From assembly GCA_011620135.1 (NCBI GenBank), contig WOZS01000014.1:130-64129 (forward strand): 64,000 nt of DNA. The letters run 5' to 3'. The notes under the pieces are model-generated. The model made no database searches, was not told the origin of the DNA, and saw nothing but the letters and a program-made list of their open reading frames with translations. The position numbers were made by a program, and so were the translations under genes. Positions 62,620 through 64,000 of this stretch are shown here, one piece after another (within the stretch, counting starts at the first letter, position 1; every line of letters begins with the position of its first letter). Origin of the DNA: Gammaproteobacteria bacterium. Lineage in GTDB: Bacteria > Pseudomonadota > Gammaproteobacteria > WOZS01.

Positions 62620-64000
62620 ATGGCCAGCAGAACCCCGACACCGGCAGTACGCCTGCCGCCCCATTCCCTGGAGGCCGAACAGGCCCTGCTTGGTGGCCTC
62701 ATGCTGGAAGAGGCCCATTTTTTCGAGATCGCCGACCAGCTCCAGGAGGATGACTTCTACCGAAGCGAGCATCGCTTGATCTTTCGGGCCATGCAGGAGC
62801 TCTCGGAGCGCCACAAGACCATCGATGTGATTACGGTCTCCGAACGCCTCAAGGCCGCCGGGCAGCTGGAGCAGAGTGGTGGCCTGGTGTATCTCGCCAC
62901 ATTGGCCCGTGAGGCGCCCGGGGTCACCAACCTGCGCGGTTATGCCGAGATCATCCGTAACCGGGGGCTGTTGCGCCACATGATGGAGCTCGGCAGCCGC
63001 TTCAGCACGGAAGCCCTGGACTGGGGCGATAGCGATGCCGTGGAATTGCTGGATCGCATGGAGCAGGAGCTCTTTGCCCTGGGCGACCACAGCCAGAAGC
63101 GCCGCAGCGCTTTTGCCAGCATCGGTGAACTGCTGGGTGTCGCCATGCAGCGCATCGACACCCTGTACCAGGCAGGAGGAGACGCGGTCACGGGCCTGGC
63201 CACGGGTTTCACCGAACTGGACGCGCTGACCGCGGGGCTGCATGCCGGTGAACTGATCATCCTGGCTGGCCGGCCTTCCATGGGCAAGACCAGCTTCGGC
63301 ATGAACATGGTGGAGCACATCGCCCTGCGCCACAAGGCGCCGTGTGCCATCTTCAGCATGGAGATGCCCGGCGAGCAACTGGCGTTGCGCCTCATCGCCT
63401 CCCTGGGGCGCATCGAGCAGAACAAGATCCGTACCGGTCAGCTCCAGGACGAGGACTGGGACCGCATCACCTCGGCGGTGAGCCTGCTCATGGATGCGCC
63501 CATTTTCATCGACGATACAGCGGCCCTCTCTCCCATGGAGCTGCGCGCCCGGGCAAGGCGCCTCAAGCGCGAGCGGGGCCTCGGGCTGGTCCTGGTGGAC
63601 TACCTGCAGCTGATGCGCATTCCGGGCACCCGGGAGAACCGCACCAACGAGATCTCGGAGATCTCCCGCAGCCTCAAGTCGCTGGCCAAGGAACTCAGCG
63701 TGCCGGTGGTGGCGTTGTCCCAACTCAACCGCAACCTGGAATCCCGCCCGGACAAGCGGCCTGTGATGTCTGATCTTCGCGAATCGGGCGGCATCGAGCA
63801 GGATGCCGATGTGATCGCCTTCATTTACCGTGACGAGGTCTACAATCCCGAATCGCCGGAAAAGGGCATTGCCGAGATTCGCCTGGCCAAGCAGCGCAAT
63901 GGTCCCACCGGCGTGTTCAAGACCACCTTCCTGGGGACCTATACCCGCTTCGAGAACTTCGCCCCCGAAAGCATCATGATGACCGAGGCCGCCTTTCCCT
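62620..64000 (+). CDS. dnaB: Replicative DNA helicase DnaB (3' end runs off the window)
   Basis: Manual translation from ATG 62620: PPHSLEAEQALLGG, TGLATGF, LAGRPSMGKT, FSMEM, VDYLQLM, ISRSLKSLAKEL, SQLNR, SDLRESGGIEQDAD, KQRNGPTG. No intein seen. Confidence 0.98.
   Translation, partial: MASRTPTPAVRLPPHSLEAEQALLGGLMLEEAHFFEIADQLQEDDFYRSEHRLIFRAMQELSERHKTIDVITVSERLKAAGQLEQSGGLVYLATLAREAPGVTNLRGYAEIIRNRGLLRHMMELGSRFSTEALDWGDSDAVELLDRMEQELFALGDHSQKRRSAFASIGELLGVAMQRIDTLYQAGGDAVTGLATGFTELDALTAGLHAGELIILAGRPSMGKTSFGMNMVEHIALRHKAPCAIFSMEMPGEQLALRLIASLGRIEQNKIRTGQLQDEDWDRITSAVSLLMDAPIFIDDTAALSPMELRARARRLKRERGLGLVLVDYLQLMRIPGTRENRTNEISEISRSLKSLAKELSVPVVALSQLNRNLESRPDKRPVMSDLRESGGIEQDADVIAFIYRDEVYNPESPEKGIAEIRLAKQRNGPTGVFKTTFLGTYTRFENFAPESIMMTEAAFP

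Overview
Chromosomal, high-GC proteobacterial (probably gammaproteobacterial-type) window starting at the replication origin. In order: partial ispA and xseB (-); dnaA, a probable oriC and dnaN; ppx; glgE; an Xps-like type II secretion cluster (gspE-F-G-H-I-J-K-L-M-C/N) with no secretin gene; gshA-gshB; an orphan exported protein; iorAB-like molybdo-oxidoreductase; alaC-like aminotransferase; cysB; a membrane AGDEF diguanylate cyclase; the conserved dapE-dapD-glnD-map / rpsB-tsf-pyrH-frr-uppS-cdsA-dxr-rseP-bamA-skp-lpxD-fabZ-lpxA block; a large Amt-HAMP-PAS-PAS-GGDEF-degenerate-EAL fusion followed by putA; a solitary terA; ygfZ; an MFS transporter; a HAD hydrolase; gatCAB; mreBCD; rpsF-rpsR-DUF2232-rplI-dnaB (partial). 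I saw no rRNA, tRNA, CRISPR array or mobile element. The best candidate for an under-described system is the ammonium-transporter/c-di-GMP sensor fusion sitting in the usual lpxB slot and coupled to putA. Secondary signals: a Trp-rich uORF before glgE, the secretin-less T2SS, DnaA-trio-like repeats in oriC, and recurrent short tandem duplications in intergenic leaders. All calls come from motif recognition by eye; no database searches were run.
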